Assembly (NCBI GenBank): GCA_964484655.1
Contig: CAZAFA010000003.1
Location: 28,147-92,146, forward strand
DNA: 64,000 nucleotides
Direction of reading: 5' to 3'
DNA from: an uncultured Candidatus Saccharibacteria bacterium
GTDB lineage: Bacteria; Patescibacteriota; Minisyncoccia; UBA6257; 2-01-FULL-56-20
The translations under genes and the position numbers were made by a program. Under the pieces are notes generated by a model. That model saw nothing but the letters and a program-made list of their open reading frames with translations, had not been told where the DNA came from and searched no databases. This document shows, one piece after another, positions 19,654 to 29,220 of the stretch. Within the stretch, counting starts at the first letter, position 1, and each line of letters opens with the position of its first letter.

Positions 19654-19715
19654 CGGGGTAAAAAAATAAGGTGTTCCTTACCTTGTGCGCCGAACGGGAC
19701 ACAAAATGCTCGGCA

Positions 19716-19744
19716 AGTGTAACCAGGGGTTCACGCATTGGCAA
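19716..19744 (-). promoter_or_regulatory. sigma70 promoter for the rplC operon
   Basis: TTGCCA-17 nt-TACACT on the minus strand, about 60 nt upstream of the rplC ATG. Confidence 0.7.
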
Positions 19745-19837
19745 GAGGCTGGCTCCCAGAAAGGGGCGGGGATTCAACGATCCTTCTCCTCCCCGCCTGG
19801 CTGGCTTGGGCGATCGAATAGTTCGTCCGCTAACCAA

Positions 19838-19867
19838 GGAGAAGCCCCGCCTGCGCGGGGCTTCTCC
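19838..19867 (-). terminator. Hairpin after rpsJ
   Basis: GGAGAAGCCCCGC-GCAG-GCGGGGCTTCTCC 13-bp stem. Confidence 0.65.
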
Positions 19868-19886
19868 AGGACAGGGTCTCCCCTGC

Positions 19887-20210
19887 TCAGATCATCTTCA
19901 GCTCAACGTCCACGCCTGCAGGCAGGTTGAGGTTGCTGAGAGACTCGATGATCTTCGGGTTCGGGTTGAGAATGTCGACGAGCCGCTTATGCACGCGGAG
20001 CTCGAACTGCTCGCGCGAGTTCTTGTCGATGTTCTGCGCCCGGTTGACCGTGTACTTCCGCAGCGATACCGGCAGCGGGATCGGTCCCTTGAGGTCGGCT
20101 TCGTTACGCTCGGCAGTCTCGATGATCTGCTTGGCGGTGTTGTCGACGAGCTTGTGGTCGTACGACTGAATCCGGAGCCGGAGCTTGGGGCCTGCTGCCT
20201 CTTTCGCCAT
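19887..20210 (-). CDS. rpsJ: 30S ribosomal protein uS10
   Basis: GPIPLP, SREQFELRVHKRL, LPAGVDV. Confidence 0.97.
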   Translation of the reverse strand: MAKEAAGPKLRLRIQSYDHKLVDNTAKQIIETAERNEADLKGPIPLPVSLRKYTVNRAQNIDKNSREQFELRVHKRLVDILNPNPKIIESLSNLNLPAGVDVELKMI

Positions 20211-20212
20211 GG

Positions 20213-21409
20213 TTACTTGATGATCTTGGTGACGACACCTGCGCCGACCGTGCGACCACCCTCGCGGATGGCGAAGCGCTGCTTGTCCTCGAGCGCGATC
20301 GGGCTGATGAGCTTGACCGTGACGCCGTTGACGGAGTCTCCCGGCATGGCCATCTCGGTGCCCTCAGGCAGGAAGAGCTCGCCGGTCACGTCCGTGGTGC
20401 GGACGTAGAACTGCGGCTTGTAGCCCTTGAAGAACGGGGTGTGGCGGCCGCCCTCGTCCTTGGTGAGGACGATGATGTCGGCGGTGAACTCCGAGTGCGG
20501 GGTCACCGTGCCCGGCTTGGCGAGCACCTGGCCGCGCTCAACCTGCTCCTTCTTGAGGCCGCGGATGAGCAGGCCGGCGTTGTCGCCCGCCTGGCCCTGG
20601 TCGAGGCTCTTGTTGAACATCTCGACGCCCGTGACGACGGTCTTCTGGGTGTCGCGGAGGCCGACGATCTCGATCTCCTCGTTCACCTTGATGACGCCGC
20701 GCTCGATGCGGCCCGTGACGACGGTGCCGCGGCCTTCGATCGAGAAGATGTCCTCGACCGGCATGAGGAACGGCTTGTCGAGCTCGCGGACCGGGTCCGG
20801 GATGTACTCGTCGACCGCGTCCATGAGGTCCTTGATGGGCTTGACCGCTTCATCGTCAGCGCTGCCGGCCTCGAGGGCCTTGAGGGCGGAACCGCGGATG
20901 ACCGGGGTCTTCTCGCCGTCGTAGCCGTACTTGGTCAGGAGGTCGCGGATCTCCGCCTCGACGAGGTCGAGGAGATCGGCGTCGTCGACCATGTCGCACT
21001 TGTTCATGAATACGACGAGCGCAGGGACGCCGATCTGCTTCGCGAGCAGGATGTGCTCACGGGTCTGCGGCATCGGGCCGTCCGTCGCGGCGACCACGAG
21101 GATCGCGCCGTCCATCTGGGCGGCACCCGTGATCATGTTCTTGATGTAGTCCGCGTGGCCAGGGGCGTCTACGTGGGCGTAGTGGCGCTTGGCGGTCTCG
21201 TACTCCGAGTGGTGGAGCGAGATGGTGATACCGCGGGCCTTCTCCTCAGGCGCGCTGTCGATAGCGTTGACGTCCTCGGCCTTCTTGGCGAGGCCCATCT
21301 TGAAGAGCGTGTTGGTGATAGCGGCAGTAAGGGTCGTCTTCCCGTGATCGACGTGGCCGATCGTACCGATGTTGACGTGAGGCTTACTGCGCTCGAACTG
21401 GTCTGCCAT
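20213..21409 (-). CDS. tuf: Elongation factor Tu
   Basis: [34 protein letters not shown]. Confidence 0.99.
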   Translation of the reverse strand: MADQFERSKPHVNIGTIGHVDHGKTTLTAAITNTLFKMGLAKKAEDVNAIDSAPEEKARGITISLHHSEYETAKRHYAHVDAPGHADYIKNMITGAAQMDGAILVVAATDGPMPQTREHILLAKQIGVPALVVFMNKCDMVDDADLLDLVEAEIRDLLTKYGYDGEKTPVIRGSALKALEAGSADDEAVKPIKDLMDAVDEYIPDPVRELDKPFLMPVEDIFSIEGRGTVVTGRIERGVIKVNEEIEIVGLRDTQKTVVTGVEMFNKSLDQGQAGDNAGLLIRGLKKEQVERGQVLAKPGTVTPHSEFTADIIVLTKDEGGRHTPFFKGYKPQFYVRTTDVTGELFLPEGTEMAMPGDSVNGVTVKLISPIALEDKQRFAIREGGRTVGAGVVTKIIK

Positions 21410-21487
21410 GGGTGTTCGAGTGGTAGTTGGTGATTGTTGTACGACTTAGGGAATAAGCGGCTTTCTAAAGCGGAGTTATAGTACGCG

Positions 21488-21946
21488 TCAAGCCGCCGGG
21501 GTGTCAACGTGGCGAGGCCGCATGCGCGCGCGGATGGCCGCCTCTACCTCGTGGCAGTCCCTGATTCCCGGGAAGACGATCTCCTTGGTATGGCCGCCCG
21601 CCGTGTTGATATGGAGGGTGCCGATGCCAAGCAGCCGCTCCACGAGGCTCTGGCTCACCTGGGTGTCCTGGATGCTCTCATACTCGGCGAACGTCTGGCT
21701 CGTCGAGAGCAGACGGTATTCCCGGGCGATGCCGTGCTCGTAGAGCGCGAGCCGATCAGCCCTGCGGACCACCTCGAGCATGATCAGGCCGACCGCTACC
21801 GCGGCCACGAGGAAGAGACCGAACCAGATGTTGAAATAGAAGCCTACCAGCGAGAGCAGCGCGACGAACGCCAGTCCCGCGTAGCCGCCTACATGGACCG
21901 CCGGACTCGCGTAGATGGCGCGGAGCGGGGCCTCATGCTGGTCCAT
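21488..21946 (-). CDS. Membrane protein with bacterial PH domain (bPH_2/YdbS-like)
   Basis: Two TM helices then SIQDTQVSQSLVERLLGIGTLHINTAG. Confidence 0.75.
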   Translation of the reverse strand: MDQHEAPLRAIYASPAVHVGGYAGLAFVALLSLVGFYFNIWFGLFLVAAVAVGLIMLEVVRRADRLALYEHGIAREYRLLSTSQTFAEYESIQDTQVSQSLVERLLGIGTLHINTAGGHTKEIVFPGIRDCHEVEAAIRARMRPRHVDTPAA

Positions 21947-21950
21947 GGCT

Positions 21951-24050
21951 TTAGCGGCGATCCGCGACGATGGAGGCCTCGATGTTCTTCGGCACCTCCT
22001 CGTAGTGGTCGAACTCCATGGTCGGCGCGCCGCGGCCCTGCGTGATGGAGCGGAGCTTCGTGATGTAGCCGAAGAGCTCGGAGAGCGGCACGAAGGCGTT
22101 GATCACCTTGATCATGCCGCGATCCTCGATCGAGTCCACCCGGCCGCGCTTGCCGGAGATGTCGCCGGTGACGTCGCCCATGAACTCCTGAGGAGCGCTG
22201 ACCTGCAGCTTCATGATCGGCTCGAGGAGAGCAGGATTGGCCTTCTTGGCCGCCTCCTGGAACGCCATCGAGCCGGCCATCTTGAACGCCATCTCGGACG
22301 AGTCGACGTCGTGGTAGCTGCCGTCGTAGAGGTCCACCGCGATGTCGACCATCGGGAATCCTGCGATGACGCCCCGGTCCATGGCCTCCTTCACGCCCTT
22401 CTCGATCGGGTTGATGAATTCCTGCGGGATGGCGCCGCCCTTCACGGAGTTCGTGAAGACGAAGCCGGAGCCCGGCTCGCCCGGCTTGATGCGGATCTTC
22501 GCATGGCCGTACTGGCCGCGGCCGCCGGACTGCTTGACGTATTTCCCGTCCCCTTCCGCCTCGGCGCGGATGGTCTCCTTGTACGCCACCTGCGGGCGGC
22601 CGACGTTGGCCTCGACGGAGAACTCGTCCTTCATGCGGCGCACGAGCACCTCGAGGTGCAGCTCGCCCATGCCCGCGATGAGCGTCTCGCCCGAATCCGG
22701 GTCCGAGGATACGCGGAAGGTCGGGTCCTCGTCCGCGAGGCGGCGGAGCGCGCCTCCCATCTTCTCCTGGTCAGCCTTGGTCTTCGGCTCGATCTTGATG
22801 GAGATGACCGGCTCCGGCGCGTCGATGCCGTCGAGGACGATCGGATGGGCCGGGTCGCAGAGCGTGTTGCCGGTCGTCGTGACTTTCATGCCCACGAGCG
22901 CGGCAATCTCGCCCGCGTACACCTCGCTGACCTCCTCGCGGTTGTTCGCGTGCATGCGCACGATGCGGCTCACGCGCTCCTGCTCCTCCTTGGTGGAGTT
23001 GAGGATGTACGAGCCCGTCTTGAGCGTGCCCGAGTAGACGCGGAAGAAGCAGAGGGAGCCGACGTACGGGTCGGTGGCGATCTTGAACGCGAGGCCGGTA
23101 AACGGCGCCTTGTCGTCGGTGGCACGCGTCACCTCCTGGTCGGTCTTCGGGTCCATGCCGACTACCGGCGGGATGTCGAGCGGGCTCGGCAGGTACTTGA
23201 TGACCGCGTCGAGCACGAGCTGCACGCCCTTGTTCTTGAGAGCCGAGCCGCAGAAGACCGGGACGATCTCGTTGGCGATGACGCCCTTGCGCAGCGCCTT
23301 GACGAGCGCCTCGTACGGGAGCTCCTCGCCGCCGAGGTACTTCTCCATGAGCGCCTCGTCCTGCTCGACGATCTTCTCGACGAGCATCTGGCGCCGGCGC
23401 TCCGCCTCCTCCTTGAGGTCAGCCGGGATCTCGAGGTCGACGATCTTCTCGCCGTTGTCCCCCTCGAAGCCGTACGCCTTCATCTTGAGCAGGTCGATCA
23501 CGCCCTTGTGGTCGGACTCGAGACCGATCGGCAGCTGCGCCATGACCGCGTTCTTGGTCAGGCGCTCGGTGATGGAGTCGAAGCTGCGCTCGAAGCTCGC
23601 GCCCATGCGGTCGAGCTTGTTGATGAAGCAGATGCGCGGGACGCGGTAGTCGTCCGCGTAGCGCCAGTTCGTCTCGGACTGCGGCTCGACGCCCGCGACG
23701 CCGTCGAAGACGGAGACGCCGCCGTCGAGGACGCGCAGTGAGCGCTTCACCTCGATGGTGAAGTCCACGTGGCCCGGCGTGTCGATGAGGTTGATGCGGT
23801 GCTCGTTTTCCTTGCCCGGCGCGTCGGTCGGGGTCCAGAACGCGGTCGTCGCCGCGGACGTGATGGTGATGCCGCGCTCCTGCTCCTGGGTCATCCAATC
23901 CATCGTGGCCGCGCCCTCGTGCACCTCGCCGATCTTATGGCTGACGCCGGTGTAGTAGAGGATGCGCTCGGAGACCGTGGTCTTTCCGGCGTCGATGTGC
24001 GCGAAGATGCCGATGTTGCGGATTTTCTCGAGAGGATGGGATCGAGGCAT
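21951..24050 (-). CDS. fusA: Elongation factor G
   Basis: [31 protein letters not shown]. Confidence 0.99.
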   Translation of the reverse strand: MPRSHPLEKIRNIGIFAHIDAGKTTVSERILYYTGVSHKIGEVHEGAATMDWMTQEQERGITITSAATTAFWTPTDAPGKENEHRINLIDTPGHVDFTIEVKRSLRVLDGGVSVFDGVAGVEPQSETNWRYADDYRVPRICFINKLDRMGASFERSFDSITERLTKNAVMAQLPIGLESDHKGVIDLLKMKAYGFEGDNGEKIVDLEIPADLKEEAERRRQMLVEKIVEQDEALMEKYLGGEELPYEALVKALRKGVIANEIVPVFCGSALKNKGVQLVLDAVIKYLPSPLDIPPVVGMDPKTDQEVTRATDDKAPFTGLAFKIATDPYVGSLCFFRVYSGTLKTGSYILNSTKEEQERVSRIVRMHANNREEVSEVYAGEIAALVGMKVTTTGNTLCDPAHPIVLDGIDAPEPVISIKIEPKTKADQEKMGGALRRLADEDPTFRVSSDPDSGETLIAGMGELHLEVLVRRMKDEFSVEANVGRPQVAYKETIRAEAEGDGKYVKQSGGRGQYGHAKIRIKPGEPGSGFVFTNSVKGGAIPQEFINPIEKGVKEAMDRGVIAGFPMVDIAVDLYDGSYHDVDSSEMAFKMAGSMAFQEAAKKANPALLEPIMKLQVSAPQEFMGDVTGDISGKRGRVDSIEDRGMIKVINAFVPLSELFGYITKLRSITQGRGAPTMEFDHYEEVPKNIEASIVADRR

Positions 24051-24083
24051 ATAGGAGGTACGGGTTGATGCGGGTGCCGCTGC

Positions 24084-24551
24084 CTAGCGGGCGAAGTGGG
24101 CGAAGGCGCGGTTCGCCTCGGCCATGCGGTGCATGTCCTGCTTCTTCTTGATGGCGGCGCCGTCGTTGTTGGCCGCCGCGACGAGCTCGTCGGCGAGCTT
24201 GCGGGACATGGGCTTGCCGCTCTTCTTGCGAGCGGAATCGATGATCCAGCGGATCGCGAGCATGAAGCGGCGCGCCGGTCGCACCTCGCGGGGCACCTGG
24301 TAGTTGGCGCCGCCGACGCGGCGGGAAGCCACCTCGAGGAGCGGGCTGGCGTTCTCGATCGCCTTCTCGAAGACCTCCACCGGCTCCTGGCCGGTCTCGC
24401 TCTTCACGAGCTCGAAGGCGTCGTAGACGACCTTCTCGGCGACCGACTTCTTGCCGTCGTGCATGACGGCGTTGATGAAGCGGCCGATGTCGACCCGGTC
24501 GTAGACCTGGTCAGGGGTGTGGAACTTCTTGTAGACGCGGTTGCGACGCAT
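24084..24551 (-). CDS. rpsG: 30S ribosomal protein uS7
   Basis: RRVGGANYQVP, HRMAEANRAFAHF. Confidence 0.98.
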   Translation of the reverse strand: MRRNRVYKKFHTPDQVYDRVDIGRFINAVMHDGKKSVAEKVVYDAFELVKSETGQEPVEVFEKAIENASPLLEVASRRVGGANYQVPREVRPARRFMLAIRWIIDSARKKSGKPMSRKLADELVAAANNDGAAIKKKQDMHRMAEANRAFAHFAR

Positions 24552-24557
24552 TGGATT

Positions 24558-24977
24558 TTACTTGGCGGCCTTCGGGCGCTTCGCGCCGTACTTGGAGCGG
24601 CCCTGCTTGCGGTCGGTGACGCCGGCCGTGTCGAGCACGCCGCGGACGACGTGATAGCGGACGCCCGGGAGGTCCTTCACGCGGCCGCCGCGGATCATCA
24701 CGATGGAGTGCTCCTGGAGGTTGTGCTTCTCGCCGCCGATGTACGCCGTCACTTCGGTGCCGTTGCTCAGGCGGATGCGCGCGACCTTGCGGAGCGCGGA
24801 GTTCGGCTTCTTCGGGGTCTGGGTGAAAACCTTCACGCAGACGCCGCGCTTGAACGGCGCGGCGCCGTACACCGGCTTGTTATGGATGGTGTTGAAGTAG
24901 AAGCCGAAAGCAGGCGACTTGGTCTTCGCCTTCGCGGTCGTCCGCGACTTCTTGATGAGCTGATTGAGGGTCGGCAT
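24558..24977 (-). CDS. rpsL: 30S ribosomal protein uS12
   Basis: [22 protein letters not shown]. Confidence 0.98.
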   Translation of the reverse strand: MPTLNQLIKKSRTTAKAKTKSPAFGFYFNTIHNKPVYGAAPFKRGVCVKVFTQTPKKPNSALRKVARIRLSNGTEVTAYIGGEKHNLQEHSIVMIRGGRVKDLPGVRYHVVRGVLDTAGVTDRKQGRSKYGAKRPKAAK

Positions 24978-25014
24978 TAGTGCCCGGGCATTCTGCCTAG
25001 CATTTACGAGGCCG

Positions 25015-25635
25015 TCAACCGCCGAGGGGCAGGCCGGTCACCAGCCCGACCAGGAACGCGATCGCCTGGTAGAGCGCGCCGCCGGCGACGTAGAGCAGGA
25101 GGAAGACGACGAGGATGCCGCTGAACCCGATTCCCTCGAACCAGCGGTCGAGACGCGGCGAGAACAGGCCGACCAGCTTGCTGCCGTCGAGGGGCGGGAT
25201 CGGGATGAGATTGAACAGCCCGAGTGACGCGTTCACGAACGCGACGAGCACGAACCCGGCAACGAGGTCGCCGTCGAGCCTCCCGTACGAGAAACGCGCC
25301 GCGAGGCCGAATATCACCAGCAAAGCGAGGTTGGTCAGCGGTCCGGCAAGCGCTACCTTCAGCGGGCCCCATTGCCGGTCCTTCCAGAGGTTTGCCGGAT
25401 TATAGGGAACGGGCTTCGCCCACCCGATGATCGGCACCTGCGTGATCGCGCCGATGATCGGCAGGAGCACGGAGCCGATCGGATCGAGGTGCGGGATAGG
25501 ATTGAGCGTCAGGCGGCCGGCGCGCTCGGCGGTATCGTCGCCGAGCATGCGCGCGGCGTAGCCGTGCGCGACCTCGTGCAGGACCACGGAGAAGACCGAG
25601 ACCGCGACGAGCAGGATGATGACGGAGACGTCCAT
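25015..25635 (-). CDS. Site-2 protease family (M50, YwhC-like)
   Basis: [30 protein letters not shown]. Confidence 0.92.
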   Translation of the reverse strand: MDVSVIILLVAVSVFSVVLHEVAHGYAARMLGDDTAERAGRLTLNPIPHLDPIGSVLLPIIGAITQVPIIGWAKPVPYNPANLWKDRQWGPLKVALAGPLTNLALLVIFGLAARFSYGRLDGDLVAGFVLVAFVNASLGLFNLIPIPPLDGSKLVGLFSPRLDRWFEGIGFSGILVVFLLLYVAGGALYQAIAFLVGLVTGLPLGG

Positions 25636-25697
25636 GGACTGCAGTATACCCTCACTCCGGACGCATGCGGATGATCCGGTTTACACTATGGCTGTCC

Positions 25698-25769
25698 GCT
25701 CCTGTGGTGAAACGGATATCACAACGGTCTTCGGAACCGTCGTTGGGGGTTCGAATCCCTCCGGGAGCA
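25698..25769 (+). tRNA. tRNA-Arg(TCG)
   Basis: GCTCCTGTGGTGAAACGGATATCACA-ACGGT-CTTCGGA-ACCGT-...GGTTCGAATCCCTCCGGGAGCA. Confidence 0.92.
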
Positions 25770-25865
25770 CACTTGACCGACGCATTTAAAATGGCGAAAA
25801 TGGGACTTAGGCCATCCGGCCATCTCCCTGAAAGACCAATACTGAAGATAAGGAGGGCTTCGCCT

Positions 25866-26549
25866 ATGAAGCACAATCAGCCGCCACGGCGTTACGAATT
25901 CGCCGGCGGCACCGTCTCCGGCATCACGAGAACGGACATCTACGTTCTCATGGATGACGGCACCGTCGTCCGCTCGCTCCCGATACAAGGGAAGCCGCCA
26001 TTCCGGCTTGCTGAAGGGATGCGCGTAACCTGCTCGTGGTATTGCCGCAGGAACGACGGGAGGATCATCCTCGATCCGACCGCCATCGAACCGTCCGACT
26101 ACTGGAGCCGCGCCCAGAAGCGCGTCACCAGGTTTCCCGAGCACGCATACACGCTCGGAAAGATCTGCGAGCCGTTCTTCGCCGAAGCGCTCGAGAAGCA
26201 CGGCGTCCGCGCCCACCAGGCGTCCATCTACGAGGACGAGTGCCTCCACGTGGATGTCTGGGTATTCCTCCGGATAGACGGCGTGTGGGACTGGTTCCCG
26301 CTCGACCTGACGCTCCGGAAGGTGCACGGGCCAGGATGCTCCGACAAGCTCGAGCGCGGCAAGCGCTACGGGGTCATCCCGCTGCAGATCACGTCTGAAA
26401 TCATTGACAGCGGAGCGACCATCGTTCCCTGGACCATCAAGAACGTCCTAGGCACCCTGCGGGGACCGCTCAAGGACATCGAACTCGTCTCCAGGCGCGC
26501 GGCCCTCATGCTCGAGGATTCCGTGCAGCCTGATCGCGTAACCATCTGA
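25866..26549 (+). CDS. Orphan protein, possible OB-like plus PD-(D/E)XK-like domains
   Basis: AAGGAGG SD before ATG 25866; E...D...VD...DLT pattern; followed by hairpin 26551-26574. Confidence 0.6.
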   Translation: MKHNQPPRRYEFAGGTVSGITRTDIYVLMDDGTVVRSLPIQGKPPFRLAEGMRVTCSWYCRRNDGRIILDPTAIEPSDYWSRAQKRVTRFPEHAYTLGKICEPFFAEALEKHGVRAHQASIYEDECLHVDVWVFLRIDGVWDWFPLDLTLRKVHGPGCSDKLERGKRYGVIPLQITSEIIDSGATIVPWTIKNVLGTLRGPLKDIELVSRRAALMLEDSVQPDRVTI

Positions 26550-26550
26550 C

Positions 26551-26574
26551 CTAAGGCGGCCTCGGCCGCCTTAG
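26551..26574. terminator. Hairpin after orphan
   Basis: CTAAGGCGGCC-TC-GGCCGCCTTAG. Confidence 0.7.
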
Positions 26575-26601
26575 CCCTTTGTAGGGGTATACTTATCCTC
26601 G

Positions 26602-26898
26602 ATGCATCACGGTTCCCACCACCTCGCGCGACGGCTGCGCGAATCGCCGAGCCTGTTCGACCGCTTCATGCTCGGAGTCAGCATCGCGGCGGCCTTCATG
26701 ACCCTGCCCCAGATCCTGGCAATCTGGCGCGACGGAGGGTCAGGCGTCTCGCTGGCATCATGGCTCGCGTACGCCCTCCACTCCTCACTGTGGCTCGTCT
26801 ACGGCATCAAGCATCGCGAGCGGACGCTCATCCTCGCGAACACGGTCTGGACCGCCATGAACCTCGTGGTCGTCGGCAGCGTCCTCGCGCTCCGTTGA
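26602..26898 (+). CDS. PQ-loop/SemiSWEET-like 3-TM protein
   Basis: TLPQILAIW...GVSLASW...LWLVYG...ILAN. Confidence 0.8.
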   Translation: MHHGSHHLARRLRESPSLFDRFMLGVSIAAAFMTLPQILAIWRDGGSGVSLASWLAYALHSSLWLVYGIKHRERTLILANTVWTAMNLVVVGSVLALR

Positions 26899-26944
26899 CG
26901 GAGTTGCGCGCTTCCCGTCTGGAGGCATACAATCCCCCACGTCA

Positions 26945-27017
26945 GCCTCTATAGCTCAGTTGGTAGAGCAGCTCCCTCTTAAGGAGACGGTCCTAGGTTC
27001 GAGCCCTAGTGGAGGCA
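26945..27017 (+). tRNA. tRNA-Lys(CTT)
   Basis: GCCTCTATAGCTCAGTTGGTAGAGCAG-CTCC-CTCTTAA-GGAG...GGTTCGAGCCCTAGTGGAGGCA. Confidence 0.94.
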
Positions 27018-27023
27018 CAGCGA

Positions 27024-27057
27024 GACAGAACGGGCGCCTGAAGGCGCCCGTTCTGTC
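27024..27057. terminator. Hairpin after tRNA-Lys
   Basis: GACAGAACGGGCGCC-TGAA-GGCGCCCGTTCTGTC 15-bp stem. Confidence 0.7.
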
Positions 27058-27085
27058 CTACCAGGGCGCGCGGTACACTCAGGGC

Positions 27086-29203
27086 ATGAAGCTCGAGACG
27101 CCGCTGTCTGCCGTACCCGGCATCGGGCCGCGCATGCTCGTGCCGCTGGCACGCCTGGGGCTCCATACGGTCCGGGACCTCCTCTGGCACTTCCCGGTCC
27201 GCTACGACGATTTCGTGGGCGTCGTGCCGATCGCCGAACTCGAGGCGGGCGCACAGGCGACCGTGTTCGCCGAGGTGACCGAGCTCGAGACCCGGCGCTC
27301 CTTCCGCAAGAAGCTGACCATCACCCAGGCGACCCTGACCGACGAGACCGGTTCGGTGCACGCGACCTGGTTCCAGCCCTACATGGCACAGCAGCTAGCG
27401 CCAGGCATCCGCGGGTACTTCGCCGGCAAGGTCGCCCAGCGGGACGGCCGGATTGAGCTGCCTGGTCCCGTCTTCGAGCGGGCGCGAGACCAGGGCGCGC
27501 AGCGCCATACCGGGCGCCTGGTACCGGTCTACCCCGAGACGCGCGGCATCACCTCGCGCGGCCTGCGCTACCTCATCATGCCGATCCTCGAGCAGATCGA
27601 CGCGCTTCTCGACCCGCTCGCCGGCGCGGCGGAGCAAGCCGGCTATCCGGACCGGCTCGAGGCCTTGCGCGCGGTGCACTTCCCGGACTCGCGCGACGAG
27701 GCGGCGCGCGCCCTGGACCGGTTCGCCTTCGAGGACCTGTTCGTCCTGCAGCTGGCGAACGCGCTCTCCAAGGCCGAGCTCGTCCAGAGCGCCGCGCGTC
27801 CGCTCGCCGTTCCCGTCGAGGAGCTCAAGGCGATGGTCGCGGCGCTCCCGTTCGCTCTGACGAAGCCGCAGAAGGCGGCGCTCTGGGAGGTCCTCCAGGA
27901 TATGGAGCGTCCGCATCCGATGAACCGCCTCGTGCAGGGGGACGTCGGCTCCGGCAAGACCGTCGTGGCCGTCCTCTCCTCCCACGTCGCGGCGCGCGCC
28001 GGAGCCCAGGCGGCGCTCATGGCCCCGACCGACGTCCTCGCGCGCCAGCATTTCGCCACGTTCACAAAGGCGCAGTCCTGGCTCGACGGGACCGGCGACC
28101 TCCCTACTGTCGCCCTCATCTCAGGTAATCACGGCGAGATCCTCTATCCTGAAGGCCTCCGCGCGGAGATGAAGCCCGCGAAGGTCCGCGCGCTGATCGC
28201 TGCCGGCTCGGTGGACATCGCGGTGGGAACCCACGCGCTCATCTCGGGAGGTACCGCCTTCCCGCGCCTGGGACTGGTCGTCATCGACGAGCAGCACCGG
28301 TTCGGCGTCGATCAGCGCAAGGCGCTCGTCGGCAGCGGCGCGAAGCTCCCCCACTTCCTGAGCATGACGGCCACGCCGATCCCGCGCACCGTCATGCTCA
28401 CGGCGTTCGGGGACCTCTCGACCTCGCTGATCACCGAGCTGCCGGCAGGGAGGCAGCCGATCCGGACGGTGATCGTCGAGCCTGGAGGCCGCGACGCCCT
28501 CTACCGGGAGCTCGACGCGCAGATCGGCGAAGGCAGGCAGGTGTTCCTGGTCTGTCCCCTGATCGAGCACGCCGAGCCGGACGAGACGCTCTCGCCTGCC
28601 GCCCGCGCGAAGCAGGAAGCGCTGCTCGAGGCCAGGTCGGTCGCCCAGGCCGCGGATCATGCCCGGGAAGCCCTCCCGCACCGGCACGTGGCAACGCTCC
28701 ACGGGAAGATGAAGGCCGCCGAGAAGGCGGAGGTCATGGCGGACCTCGTCGCCGGGCACATCGACGTGCTGGTAGCCACCACGGTCATCGAGGTCGGCGT
28801 CGACGTGCCGAACGCTTCCGTGATGGTCGTCGAGAGCGCGGACCGGTTCGGCCTCGCGCAACTCCATCAGCTCCGCGGCAGGATCGGCCGCGGCGGCCAC
28901 TCCTCGACCTGCTACCTCATCGCTGAGTCCGCCTCGAGGACTTCCCGGGAGCGGCTGCAGCTCCTCGCGACGACGTCGGACGGGTTCGCGCTCGCCGAGC
29001 ACGACCTGCGCCTGCGCGGTCCCGGCCAGCTTCTCGGCAGCCAGCAGAGCGGCCTGCCGGACCTGGCCATGCGTCACATGGGGAACGCGCGGCTGGTGAA
29101 GGCCGCCCGCGACGCGGTCGGCGCGACGCTCGCCTCGGGCGGCGTCACGCGCGACATGCTCCGCGAGGTCGCGCGCCTGCGCGCGCGGATGCATCGGGAA
29201 TAA
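27086..29203 (+). CDS. recG: ATP-dependent DNA helicase RecG
   Basis: MNRLVQGDVGSGKT, DEQHRFGV, TATPIPRT, QLHQLRGRIGRG, DLRLRGPG; start ATG 27086. Confidence 0.96.
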   Translation: MKLETPLSAVPGIGPRMLVPLARLGLHTVRDLLWHFPVRYDDFVGVVPIAELEAGAQATVFAEVTELETRRSFRKKLTITQATLTDETGSVHATWFQPYMAQQLAPGIRGYFAGKVAQRDGRIELPGPVFERARDQGAQRHTGRLVPVYPETRGITSRGLRYLIMPILEQIDALLDPLAGAAEQAGYPDRLEALRAVHFPDSRDEAARALDRFAFEDLFVLQLANALSKAELVQSAARPLAVPVEELKAMVAALPFALTKPQKAALWEVLQDMERPHPMNRLVQGDVGSGKTVVAVLSSHVAARAGAQAALMAPTDVLARQHFATFTKAQSWLDGTGDLPTVALISGNHGEILYPEGLRAEMKPAKVRALIAAGSVDIAVGTHALISGGTAFPRLGLVVIDEQHRFGVDQRKALVGSGAKLPHFLSMTATPIPRTVMLTAFGDLSTSLITELPAGRQPIRTVIVEPGGRDALYRELDAQIGEGRQVFLVCPLIEHAEPDETLSPAARAKQEALLEARSVAQAADHAREALPHRHVATLHGKMKAAEKAEVMADLVAGHIDVLVATTVIEVGVDVPNASVMVVESADRFGLAQLHQLRGRIGRGGHSSTCYLIAESASRTSRERLQLLATTSDGFALAEHDLRLRGPGQLLGSQQSGLPDLAMRHMGNARLVKAARDAVGATLASGGVTRDMLREVARLRARMHRE

Positions 29204-29220
29204 ACCCTATACTGAGGATC

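Noticed and set aside
1234-24050. Inteins or introns in dnaE, fusA, tuf or the tRNAs
   Set aside because: Lengths and motif spacing are normal; no insertions seen.
26960-27085. N-terminal extension of RecG in the ORF track
   Set aside because: Runs through tRNA-Lys and its terminator; the true start is ATG 27086.
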